In this document: positions 1 to 10,698 of the stretch, in pieces
Layout: each line of letters starts with the position of its first letter
How positions within the stretch are numbered: the first letter of the stretch is position 1
Assembly (NCBI GenBank): GCA_963785305.1
Contig: CAWAUV010000008.1
Span: 736,001-800,000 of the forward strand
DNA: 64,000 nt
Direction: 5' to 3'
Source: an uncultured Planctomycetaceae bacterium
Lineage (GTDB): Bacteria; Planctomycetota; Planctomycetia; Pirellulales; PALSA-1355
Position numbers and translations under genes: made by a program
Notes under the pieces: generated by a model
Database searches by the model: none
Told to the model about the DNA's origin: nothing
What the model saw: only the letters and a program-made list of their open reading frames with translations

Positions 1-446
1 TGCGAATCCGCTGACCGTCAGCCGAGAGCCGCCAATCGCGAAGCTGGGCAAGCTGGGCTTCGGCCTCGGGCCGGCTGAATTTCGCGACCCCCCCCTCGCA
101 GGGAGCGCATTTCGCTTTTGCCAGTTCCTCGGAGCCACGGATCTGCATGGCCAAAGCCTCGTTTTCCTCGATGGTTCCGCCCGGCCGCTTTTCGCGTCCG
201 CCAATCTTCACCAGTCTATTATGACGGGTCGAAAGTCGCTCGGTCAACCTGAACGATCCGCAAGGCGGCGGAAAACGGCGCCGGTTTGTGCGTCGGGCCA
301 GTTCGCGATCTCGCCCTCGCCGGATCGGTCGGCCCCCCGGGCGACAAGAAATTTTTGCAGTTCGCGGCGACTTGGAATAAGCTGGAGAGATTCGGTGCGT
401 TGCCTCCGCGGACATCCACTTTTTCGCCTTGGGCTGCTCGGTTTTT

Positions 447-1121
447 ATGAACTCGCGTTCCGATGCCATTAAAATCCTTCAGCAAGCTCGTGATCTGTTG
501 GCCGATCGTCTCACGGAGCGGGTCATCGAAGCCCGCGACGAGATTCTTGAAGACGCCAGTGGTCTGACGTATTTGAGCGAGATCGAGACGCTCTACGAGC
601 AGCTTGGCGGTCGCTTGGCGCATATCAACGCGATGCTCTCGAATCTGCCGCCGGTCGAAGAGCCGGCGCCGGTCGAGGAACCGCGGCCAGCGCCGGTGTA
701 TTCCGATCTGGCGACGGCCTACGCCACCTCGATCGACGCGGCGCCGCTGCCGTCGGAACCACTCGCCCTGCCGGCGCCCGAATTACGGTTGCCGGCGCTG
801 CCGCCGATGGCGAGTTTCCAGGCATTTGCCGAACAGATCGACGATGGCGATCTCGAGGGCGCGGGTCGTTCGATCGCGGAGATTTTCGCGGTCGACGCGG
901 AGCGTGGCCGGCGATGCGCGGAAGCGTTTGCAGCCCATATCGCGGCGCATCCCGAGGCGATGGCCAAGGCTTCGCGCTTGCGCGGCGATATCGAGCGGGG
1001 TGATATGAACAGCGCGTTGATGTTGCTGCACGAATGCTTCGGCTTGCAAGGGCTCGAATCGCTCGGCGTGTTGCAAACCCTGCGATCCCGCTTCGCCGCT
1101 CCCGACATGCACGCCGCCTGA
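447..1121 (+). CDS. hypothetical protein (helical, Pro-rich linker)
   Basis: Long ORF with protein-like composition; ATG at 447 (MNSRSDAIKILQQARDLL); no recognisable motif. Confidence 0.7.
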   Translation: MNSRSDAIKILQQARDLLADRLTERVIEARDEILEDASGLTYLSEIETLYEQLGGRLAHINAMLSNLPPVEEPAPVEEPRPAPVYSDLATAYATSIDAAPLPSEPLALPAPELRLPALPPMASFQAFAEQIDDGDLEGAGRSIAEIFAVDAERGRRCAEAFAAHIAAHPEAMAKASRLRGDIERGDMNSALMLLHECFGLQGLESLGVLQTLRSRFAAPDMHAA

Positions 1122-1148
1122 TAGCCTGTTGAAATCTTCAACAGGCTA
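1122..1148. repeat. perfect 12-bp inverted repeat TAGCCTGTTGAA-ATC-TTCAACAGGCTA
   Basis: Read directly, immediately after the stop codon; a related imperfect palindrome lies at ~3964-3988. Confidence 0.8.
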
Positions 1149-1216
1149 CTAATCGCCTTCGCGCCTCTCGCGCACACCGTCGTCGTTCCGCCGCTTGATC
1201 CGAAGGGGGCGCGACA

Positions 1217-1246
1217 TTGACCGGCTTTTCCGCGGGCTGCTATAAT
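1217..1246 (+). promoter_or_regulatory. sigma70-type promoter of cysK
   Basis: TTGACC-N18-TATAAT about 155 bp upstream of the cysK ATG. Confidence 0.6.
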
Positions 1247-1400
1247 TTCCGGCCACGGAATGCTTTAGCGGCCCCTCTGGCCGGTGGCGAACCGATTCCA
1301 GCGTCGCGGGGGTCTTTTTCGGTGCGCGGACCGAGAACCTCGCTGGGCGCGGAGCGAAAAACGGAGTGTTTGGGAGTTTTTCTCGAGCGAAAGGATCATT

Positions 1401-2389
1401 ATGGCCACGGCGACCGAAAAGGGCAGCGTCTCGAAGGATATTCGACCTTCAGGCATTCATGCGGATATCACCCAGTGCATCGGCCACACCCCACTGGTGC
1501 GACTCAATCGCATCGCGGCTGGCTGCCGGGCCACGGTGCTCGCCAAGCTCGAAAGCTTCAATCCGCTTTGGAGCGTGAAAGATCGCATCGGCCGGGCCAT
1601 GATCGACGCCGCCGAGCGCGATGGCCGCATTAAGTCCGACACCGTGATCATCGAGCCCACGAGCGGCAACACCGGCATTGCGCTCGCCTATGTGTGCGCG
1701 GCCCGCGGCTACAAGCTCATGGTCACGATGCCCGAGAGCATGAGCCTCGAACGGCGGCGACTGCTCAAGGCGCTGGGGGTCGAGATCGTGCTCACCCCGG
1801 CGGCCGAGGGCATGCCGGGCGCGGTGCGTCGGGCCGAGGAATTGGTCGCGGCGAACAAAAACTATTTCATGCCCCAGCAGTTCAAGAACCCGGCCAATCC
1901 CGAGATTCATCGCCGCACCACGGTCGAGGAAATCTGCGCGACACCGAGGGCAAGATCGACATCTTCATCGCCGGAGTCGGCACCGGCGGCACGATCACCG
2001 GCGTGGGCGAAGTGCTCAAGAGCCGCAAGCCCGATGTGAGGATTCTGGCGGTCGAGCCGGCCAACAGTCCGGTGCTCACCCAGCGCCGGGCCGGCCGGGA
2101 GATCAAGCCGGGCAAGCACATGATTCAGGGCATCGGCGCCGGATTTATTCCCGATGTGCTGAATATCGACATTCTCGATGACGTGATTCAGGTGCAAGAC
2201 GAGGATGCGATGGAAACCTCGCGGCGACTGGCGAAGCTCGAGGGCATGATGTGCGGCATTAGCTGCGGCGCCGCGGCCTGGGCCGCGCTCGAAGTCGCGA
2301 AGAAGCCGGAAAATGAAGGAAAAGTAATCGTCGTCGTGCTGCCCGATCTGGGCGAACGCTATCTCTCGACCAAACTGTTCCCGGAATAA
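1401..2389 (+). CDS. cysK: cysteine synthase A (one frameshift near 1938)
   Basis: [16 protein letters not shown] (PLP Lys), [23 protein letters not shown] and ERYLST across two overlapping ORFs. Confidence 0.93.
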
Positions 2390-2597
2390 GGGCCTTGGGA
2401 ATGGTTGCCCGGCGGGAGCGGCGACCGGCCCCCACCAATTTCTTGATTCTGGCGGCGGAAACGCGCATGATAGTCAAGGCAACGTGTCGCGTGTCTGGGT
2501 TCGCCGAGCGGCGAACCCAGACACGGACGCGGTTGATTTTCGACAAGGCGTTTATCCTTTCGCGACCCATCCTCCTCATTTGCATGCTACCCGTCTT

Positions 2598-3656
2598 ATG
2601 GTGAGAAAGCATTGCGCATTGCTTCGGTCGAAGCGACTGGCCGGCGGATTCACGCTCGTCGAGTTGCTGGTCGTGATTACGATCATCGGCATTCTCGTTG
2701 CCCTATTGTTGCCGGCTGTTTCGGCGGCGCGCGAATCGGCGCGGCGGACCGTCTGCCAAAACAATCTCAAACAATTAGCCAACGCCTGTTTGCAACACGA
2801 TCAGGCCCAGGGGTTCCTGCCCTCGGGCGGATACGGTTGGAACTGGGCCGGCGACCCTGATCGCGGCTTCGGTCGACGCCAGCCGGGCGGCTGGCATTAC
2901 AACATTCTGCCGTACATGGATCAACAAGCGCTGCACGACCAAGGCAGCGATCCGGCCAACGATATCACCTTCAGCACGCTCAAGCTCAATGGGATCACGG
3001 CCACGATGCAAACTCCGCTACCGGCCTTCACCTGCCCGACGCGCCATCAGGTGATGGTATTTCCCTACACCCACGGAAACGCGTTTTTCGACTCGAACAA
3101 TCCGCCCACGATCGCCCGTAGCGACTACGCCGCCAACGCCGGCGACGTGAACCCCACTATTCCCGAGGGGCCGGGCAGTTTGAGCGCGCAAGCGGCTACG
3201 GTCGGGTCGATCACTCAAGATTCGCTCACCGCGACCGGCGTTTCCTATTGCCAGAGCGAAGTGCGAATCGCCCAAATCACCGATGGGGCCAGCAACACCT
3301 ATTTGGTCGGCGAGCGGTATATGGATCCCGATAATTACTTGAACGGCTCGGAGTGCGCCAACGATCAGGGTTGGAACCAGGGCTACGACTACGACACCTT
3401 CCGCTGGACCGGCATGGCGCCCAATTCGACTTCGCCGACCCAGGCGCTCTACACGCCGAGCCCCAACCCGCCGATGCCCGACACGCCGGGAATCGGCGGC
3501 TGTGACAGCGCCTTCGGCAGCAATCATAACGATGTATTCAGCATGTCGTTTTGCGATGGATCGGTGCGACCAGTTACTTTCGGTATTTCGCCCGCCCTGC
3601 ATCAAGTGCTGGGCAACCGCCAAGATGCCCAACCGGCGAACACCTCGCAGTTTTAG
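2598..3656 (+). CDS. DUF1559 prepilin-type N-terminal cleavage/methylation protein
   Basis: [49 protein letters not shown] and C-terminal H-X9-DG ([14 protein letters not shown]). Confidence 0.92.
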   Translation: MVRKHCALLRSKRLAGGFTLVELLVVITIIGILVALLLPAVSAARESARRTVCQNNLKQLANACLQHDQAQGFLPSGGYGWNWAGDPDRGFGRRQPGGWHYNILPYMDQQALHDQGSDPANDITFSTLKLNGITATMQTPLPAFTCPTRHQVMVFPYTHGNAFFDSNNPPTIARSDYAANAGDVNPTIPEGPGSLSAQAATVGSITQDSLTATGVSYCQSEVRIAQITDGASNTYLVGERYMDPDNYLNGSECANDQGWNQGYDYDTFRWTGMAPNSTSPTQALYTPSPNPPMPDTPGIGGCDSAFGSNHNDVFSMSFCDGSVRPVTFGISPALHQVLGNRQDAQPANTSQF

Positions 3657-3696
3657 CGCTTTGTCACGGCTGAAATGATAGGTAACCCCGTGGCGC

Positions 3697-3770
3697 CATG
3701 CCCACGCTTGCGTGGGCATGTTTTCGAGCGCCAAGCGGAGTCTTCATGCCCACGCCGGGCCGTGGGCATG
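3697..3770. repeat. pair of REP-like palindromes CATGCCCACG-loop-CGTGGGCATG
   Basis: Copies at 3697-3720 and 3745-3770; the same element recurs at 39818-39841 and 39903-39926. Confidence 0.85.
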
Positions 3771-4194
3771 GAGTCGCGGAACCAATCCAACCCGTCATTT
3801 CAATTGTGACAATGCATTAGCCGACTTTTTAAAAACGCCAGCGTGGACCAGCGTGGCCATCGCGGCATTTTTCAATCTCGCCAAGCGCCGAGCAAAGCTC
3901 GTCGCGGCTCGCAACATAACTACCCGGGTCCGTTCTTTTGACACCGCATCCATGCGGCGGCTCGGCCCATTGAATATTTCAACGGGCCGCCAGGGACCGA
4001 GCCGCGAAAGCGTCGACGGGTTATCCACATTCGTCCCCGTGCCCGCGGCTCGACCGTTCTTCGCAAGTCATTGCACGGCAACGGGTTCGCGGCCAAGCGG
4101 CGTTTCCAGCGGCGTTCGTGAGTCGGTCGAGCCGCGGGGCGGTTTTTCAAGGGCTCGGAACATTCTGTTAGCATGGGTGGGCCATGCGGCGACA

Positions 4195-4232
4195 AGAGGG
4201 CGCGGTCGCGGCGAGCGACGCCCTTCTTTTTT
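4195..4232 (+). terminator. intrinsic terminator-like hairpin with T-tract
   Basis: AAGAGGGCG..TCGC/GCGA..CGCCCTTCTTTTTT. Confidence 0.5.
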
Positions 4233-4253
4233 GTCCAGTACAACAGGTGTCCG

Positions 4254-4466
4254 ATGCCCAATTCCATGCACGGCCGGTCTGAACAAGCGCGGGTCGCGGA
4301 GCTCAAGCGATTGCTCACCTCACGGCGTTTCGATTCGCTGGAAAGCCTGGAAGACGTGGTGGATGCGTTTCTGTGGGGCACGGAAAATAGCGATCCCGGC
4401 CACGAGGCCGATGGTTCCAGCGGCGCTCCCGAACATGCTCCCGGCAATGTTCTTGGGCGAGAATAA
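4254..4466 (+). CDS. small protein, FlgM C-terminus-like
   Basis: RSEQARVAELKRLLTSRRFDSLESLEDVVDAFL resembles the FlgM R..rV..lK..I..g.Y......d.l helix pattern. Confidence 0.45.
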   Translation: MPNSMHGRSEQARVAELKRLLTSRRFDSLESLEDVVDAFLWGTENSDPGHEADGSSGAPEHAPGNVLGRE

Positions 4467-4930
4467 TTGCGGGGCCGGCCCCATGTCGTGGGCCTTTCCC
4501 GGGTCACTCACGAAATGCGAATAATCGCCGCCCGCAAGCTTGCTAGCACGACAATTTCTCGAAATTGCCCACGCGGACCGGACCAGCGCGGAGTATAATA
4601 GCGGCGAAGGCACGTCCCGGTAGTCATGAAGAATTGAAAGAAGATCGCGGGTCGTTTTGCCGATCTGATACGTGTCTTGAAAGCCGGTCCACGAGGCTGG
4701 CGACCAAGGCATGGAAACGACTGTGTTTCCGCCTTCACGGCCAACCGACGCGTTGGCCGCGGGGGCTCCGAACTTTGGGAGCATTCAAACCCCATCAACA
4801 GCAGGAATTCCGTCGGAGGGACTACTTTTGGCGTGAGCTTGGATCATCAAACGGCCGTGCTTAGCACTGTCAGATCCCGCTCTTCTCGCAGCGACTCCAC
4901 CGTCGCAAATCAGCTGGGGGTTTGATTACT

Positions 4931-4971
4931 GAGGCCGCCGCTCATAACCATGGGGCAGCGGCTTCTTTTTT
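4931..4971 (+). terminator. intrinsic terminator
   Basis: GAGGCCGCCGC..GCAGCGGCTTC followed by a T-run. Confidence 0.65.
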
Positions 4972-4985
4972 GCGCTGACCGGGAC

Positions 4986-7747
4986 TTAATCGCGGCCGCG
5001 CTTGGCTTGGTCGAGCGCGGCGACAGTCGACGCCCAATCGCGGCTAAATCGAACTGCACGATCGTCCCCACGCTCGGTGACGAATGAGGCCGCCAGCCCC
5101 AAGCGATCGGCCAGTGGCAGTCCGGATTCGGCGCCCAACACCAAGAGCGCGGTCGACCAAGCGTCGGCCCGCGCAGTCCTCGGCGACGACCGTCACGCTC
5201 ACCGTGTCGTGCGTGACCGGCTCGCCGGTTCGCGGGTCGATGATATGCGAGCGTCGCACGCCCCCATCGCGCCAGTTCTGATGATATGTGCCCGAAGTCG
5301 AAAGCGCGCGATCGACGAGCCGAACCACTCGCTCGGGCCGCTCGATCGCCACGGTCCACGCTCCCCGGGCCCTCAGCTCGCCGCCGGCTTCGACCAGATA
5401 TCGCACATGCCCCCGCTGGGCGAGCAAATCGCCAAGCTGATCGACGGCCCAGCCTTCGGCGATCGAAGCGAGGTCGATCGTGAGTTCCGGCCGGTCTTTG
5501 GCGAGCGCGTCGCCGGCGGGCGTTGTGGTAATGCGGCGCCATCCGACGAGTCCGCGCGCCGTGACAATCGCTTCGGGCGTCGGCGGCTGTCCCCAATGGC
5601 CGCCGGGGCCAAAGCCCCAGAGTTTCACCAGCGGCGCCACGGTAATGTCGAACGCTCCGCCGCTGCTTTCGCTGATCTCGCGAGCGGCTTCAACCATCCA
5701 AACCAACTCGCGCGGCGCCGGCGCCGGATCGGTCGACTGCCGGGCGTTGAATCGCGACACATCGGAATTGGGCCGCCAGTTCGACGCCAGATTTTCGACC
5801 CGTTCGAGGCAGGCTTCCAGTTCGCCTTGCAGCGAGTCGGGCGCCGGTTCGCCGATTTTCACGCTCCAGCTGGCGCCCATGGCTCGTCCGTGAAACTCGC
5901 GCCGGCCAGATATCGCGAGAGCGGAAGGCGCGAGACGCGCCGCGCGACGCCCGTGTGTTCTTCGGTTCGCCGCGCGTGGTTTGGTTCGCGGTCGGCCGGG
6001 CGAGCGGCGCTGGTTTGGCCGGCTCGCCGCTTGCCGCGTTCGCGGACCACGAGGGGCTTGCGATCGCCCCGATCAAGAGCATCGCCAGCGCCAAGATGTC
6101 TCGCCGCCCAAAGCGATCGGCGGCGCCGTGGCTGCGCACCAGTTCAAGCAGCGCGCCGGTCGGGCAACCGTAGCGGCAATAGGCCTGGGGAATGCGCAGC
6201 GATAGCGCGAGCCCGACGACCGCGATCGCGATTGTCGCCCAACCGGCGGTGCGCCAGCTCCAGGCGTCGAATGGTTCGAGCGCCGCGAGATCGACCCGCC
6301 AGCCGCGAAGCGTGGCCACGAGGGCGAATGTCAGAATCGCCTGCGGCGCGAGCGACAGCCAGCGCGCCAGGGCGCCGGGCAATCGCCACTGGCGCCGGCT
6401 CCAGGAACCGAGCCACTGTTGCAGGGCGCCATGTGGGCAGATTTGATGGCAATAAAGCTGCCGCCGCGTGGCCCAGGGCACGATCAGGGCGGCGGCGAGC
6501 AACAACGTGAGCCCCGGCAGCGCGCGCCAAGCGAGCCCATGTTCGGCCCATCCGGCAAAAAGCTCGAGCGAAAGCATTTCACCGCTGATGAGCCCGACAT
6601 ATCCAATCAAGATCGCTTGCCACGCGCATCGCGCCCAGCGCACGCCGCGCAAATTCGAGAGCGCCATGACAAGCGAGCCGCACACCACCAGCGCGAGCAA
6701 TACATCCTGCAAGCGAATGCGCCACTGCTCGGGCGCCGCGGCCGGCAAAGCGGCGAAACGGCGTTTCATGCCTTCGGCCATCGCCCAACTTGTTTCCGTG
6801 GCCCCACTCACGCCTTCGATGCCATCGCGCTCGTAGTCCACCTTGGCAAGCCACTCGGGACTCTTGCCGATGAACAGTTCCCGCATCCAGTGATCGTCGT
6901 CGCGCACGCTGGTTACATAGTCGGGCGTGTCGTAACTCTTGCGAAGCCGCAGTCCGACCACGGCGGCGCCATCGGGCCCAAGCGCGACCAGCGATTCGCT
7001 CGGGCCTCGGTATCCGCTTACATTGTCCGACCAGGGCGAAGTGTGCGCGACAAGCCCCAAGAGCGCTCCCTCGGCGGAGAAGACGCGCAGCCGGCCGGTC
7101 GATTCCTCGGGCTTGAAGCTCGCCGCGGCGGGAAACAGCTCGCGGACGTCACCGAGCGTGATCGGTTCCGGGAAACGGAGCGAAGGCGCGCGGCCCGAGA
7201 GCCGACGGGCGATGCTTTCGGCAATGGCGCCGCTGGTGAGCGTGGCCCCGCTCACCGCCGCCACTCGGGGCAGCGGCTCGCTGGGGCGCCAGCCTTGAAA
7301 GGCGCGAAGCCAATCGCGGTCTTTTTGCACGAGCTCGACATGATCTTCGGTGTCGCCGCTGGAAAGAATCTCGGCGCCAAGGACCGCGCCTTCGCCATCG
7401 AGCGCAATGAGCACATTGGTCGGCCCGCTGTAGCCGATGAGGTTCGAGGTCTCGGGCAGTGTGGTGAGCAGGTAGCCGAGCGGCTGGCCCTGGGCGTCGC
7501 GAGCATAGTGCCCGCCGAGTTCTGGGTCGCGGGGCGAAAGCGACACGGTGGCGGGGAAAAAACGGCGAGCCTCCGCGAGCGTGACCGCGGGCGTCCGTTG
7601 GGCGACGAGCCATGCATGCTCATGGCGCACGAGCCAAAGAATCGCGAGCACCACTCCCGCCCGCCACAGGCGGAGCGCGAGCGGCTTGAGCCGAGCGTGG
7701 CGCGGAGGGCGGCGCGATGTTTCGGCGATCGGGAGATTGGCGGACAT
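4986..7747 (-). CDS. two FMN-binding domains + 4Fe-4S membrane domain (NosR/NirI-like), probably fused to an ApbE flavin transferase (frameshifts ~5950 and ~5170)
   Basis: Flavinylation motifs VSGATLTS and VSGATETS; YCHQICPHGALQ and YCRYGCPTG; ApbE motifs AMGASWSVKI, GAFDITVAPLVKLWGFG, STSGTY and HIIDPRTGEP. Confidence 0.8.
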
Positions 7748-10082
7748 TATTTGGCTGGCGCGATCGCGACGGCGTCGGCATGAATGAAGCCATTGGCGCC
7801 ATCGTTCGAGAGCGTCACGGCGAGGCGTTCTCCGGCCGTGGCCTCGACAACGCTGACGCTGACGAAGCCCGGCGCCCGCGCGCGCGCTGGTCGAGAACCG
7901 TCAATGTGTTCGAGGCGCGGCCCTCGACGAGGCAAACCGTGTTCGACGCGCGATTTTCATGGGGCGCCCAAGCGACGAAGACTCTGTAGCGTCCGTCTTT
8001 GGGAATCATGAACTCATAGCGGGCAGTGGCTTTCGATTTCGGTCCCGCATAACGATAAGCGTCGCCGATGTGCGCCAGGGATTCGCCGGCGCTCCAATCA
8101 CCCGTGAACCTCGCCGATGCATCATCGACCACGATCGCGCCGGCGGGCGCCTCGAAGGGCGCGCTGTTCGACGCGGGAAGATCGGCGAGCGAGGCGATCG
8201 GCTTCGAGGGCGACGAATTCGCGGGCAAGACGAGCGGGCCGCCGATCGTTTCGCGCCTCGCTCCGCCCGGTTGCCGCAAGAGGTCCTTCAAATCCTCGAG
8301 ATACGATTCATACACCCCGCGGGGATAGGTTTGCTTGGCCACGCAAAGATACGCCGCCTTGCCGACCACCTCGCCCATCATGCCGCAAGTGCGCATCACG
8401 CGAATCGTGCCGAGCGCTCCGTGCGTGACACTGATGCAGCGGCCGGCCATGAATAGGTTTTCGATATTCTTCGAGTAAAAACACCGATAGGGCAGCGGAT
8501 AGCCCTGCTTGCGATCGACGCCCTTGCCGAAATGTGCGCGGGAAATGAACGGATCGTCGGGAAATTTCTTCATGTACTGCTCTTTCGGATAATGCAGATC
8601 GAGGTCCCAAGTCGTCGGCACGCAACCGTCGGGGAACTCGCGGCGGCCACTGATATCGGCATCCGTGAGCAGGACATCGCCAGTCAACAGCCGGCTCTCG
8701 CGGGGACCTCCGATCGCGGCGATCCAAACGAGCTGGGCCCGCTCGTGCTTCTTCGCGTCTTTGCCATGCTTCATGGCCGAGAATGCGCCATGGACGGCCC
8801 GCAGGTTCCAATCGCGCATATATTCAAGATCATGGATCGGGTCGCGGTTGAAGCCGGTTTCCCAGAACCATTCGCCCTTGTGGAAAGGGGGCGAGGCGTC
8901 GCTCGAAAGCTTCGTGGCCGGAAAATCGGCCAAATCGAGCGGCAGCGCCCAGGGAGTATCGGGCCAGTCGACCGGCTGCTCGGCTTCTTGCCACTTCCAC
9001 ATATTGCTCATGCCCATGTGGCCTTTTTCGAGCATCGTAAACTCGGCCTTGGCCAGGGCGCCAACCGTGCCGTGGCCGGTGGCGTCGACAAAGAAGCGGC
9101 CGCGGAATTTCTTTTCCGCCGCCGTGCGCGTGTCGAGCGTGAGCACGCTTCGAATCCGACTCGCGGTCTCGGGCTCGAGCTCGGCGCCGATCACATGATG
9201 GAACAGAAACAGGTCGATGTTCTTTTCGGCCCGCACGACGCGTTCTTTCTTCGCGTCGCCATATTCCTCGGCCACGCCGGGGCTGTTCTTCGCATGGTCG
9301 GCGAATTCCTCGACGATATCGCCCAAGTGCGGAAACAGACCGCGCTGCGTGCCGCCTTGGGCCCAAACTTGCACCTCGCTCGAACCATTGCCGCCCAGCA
9401 CCGGCCGATCTTGCAGGAGCGCCACTTTCAATCCTTGCCGCGCCGCCGAGATCGCCGCGCCAAGCCCTGAATAGCCGCCGCCCGAGACCACGAGGTCATA
9501 GACCTCTGTTTCGGGAGTCTCGCGCGGAAGTCCGAGCAACCGCCGGCGCTCGTCGCGTGTTTCGGGCGGCTTGGCTTGGGCGTCGGTCGAAAAGAAGATC
9601 GCGTCGCAGCGGCCGTCGAAGCCTTTAAGGTCATGCAGCGCGAGGGTGTGCTTGCCCGCGGTCGCGATTTTTACCGGAGCGCCGGTTTGCCAATGCCACT
9701 CCGCGCCGGAGTCGCCAAACGTGCCGAGCGATTTTCCGTCGAGCAGCAGTTCAAAGGCGCCGGGAGCGCCGGCCGCTTTCCACCGCGCGACCCAGTCCTT
9801 GGCGCGAACCTCGAGGCGGTATTTGCCGGCCTCGGGAAAGTCGATGCTTGTTTCGCAGTCTTTCACCGGCGAGCCAAGCCCATGGGCAAGCAGGTAGGGC
9901 GAGCCCATGATGTCGATGAACTGCGTGTCGAGCATCCAGCCGCCCGGCGATGCGAAGGATTCGGCTTCGACAAAAATCTCGGCGCCCGAACCCGAACCGG
10001 CGCTGCTAGCGAGAACAATCGCGAGAACGGCGAACGCCGTAGCGCGATTGGGCGCGGCAAAAAGACCGTGCGAGCGAATCAT
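7747..10082 (-). CDS. secreted FAD-dependent oxidoreductase with C-terminal xanthan-lyase/golvesin-like beta domain (frameshift ~7890)
   Basis: Signal peptide; DLVVSGGGYSGLGAAISAAR, DRPVLGGNGSSE, FVDATGHG, RESRLL, NLFMAGRCIS; TAATG stop/start overlap with the next gene. Confidence 0.85.
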
Positions 10083-10145
10083 GTGAATAAACCCCGAGAC
10101 GGCGAAGAATGATGCCGTGGCGAGAAACGCGGCGGCGGCAGTTCT

Positions 10146-10695
10146 TCAACGATAACCGCTCGCGCGACGGCGAGCAATCCGGCGCCGGGCCAGCAGTCGG
10201 TGCAAGCCAAACAGCGCTATCGTTCCCAGTGGCCACACGCGCCAAGGCCACTCGACGATCCATTCCGGCCGGGCCGGGCTCGCCTCGACGGTAAACCGAA
10301 GTCGCGCTTCCCGGCTCTCGAACCGACTCGTCACTTCCACTTCCCAAGCCCCGGGCCGCGGCAGGTCGACAATCGCCGCGCGCAGCAGTTTGTTGGTGGC
10401 CGCCGCGCTGGTTGCCTCGGCGCGAAGAACAAGCGGCGGATCGTCGCGATGGGTGAGCGTGACGAGGCTGGTCGCCGGGAGCGGCTCGCCCGTTTCGGCG
10501 TCCTGCACGAACACGCTGACATCGATCGGTCCGGCGCACGGCGGATTGGGCGCCGTGAACACCGTGACCCGAAGATCATCCTGACGGTCGGTTGGCGCAC
10601 GACTCCGCCATCGCCCCGCGCCCCGCGGCCGGTAGCCCAAGCGCGATGAGCACTGCAAGGGCGGCGCCGAATCGGGTTATTGCGACGCGAAGCAT
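10146..10695 (-). CDS. exported YtkA/FixH-like accessory protein of the oxidase operon (frameshift ~10615)
   Basis: Signal peptide then DGGVVR..VTVFTAPNPP..GPIDVSVFVQD..ATNKLL..LPRPGAWEVEV and a C-terminal TM helix. Confidence 0.55.
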
Positions 10696-10698
10696 GTC

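Noticed and set aside
4021..4029. DnaA box TTATCCACA suggesting oriC
   Set aside because: Single box, no cluster, no AT-rich unwinding element, no dnaA/dnaN nearby
4600..4930. tmRNA, RNase P or 6S RNA
   Set aside because: No tRNA-like ends, no convincing tag reading frame, no GAGGAAAGTCC RNase P motif
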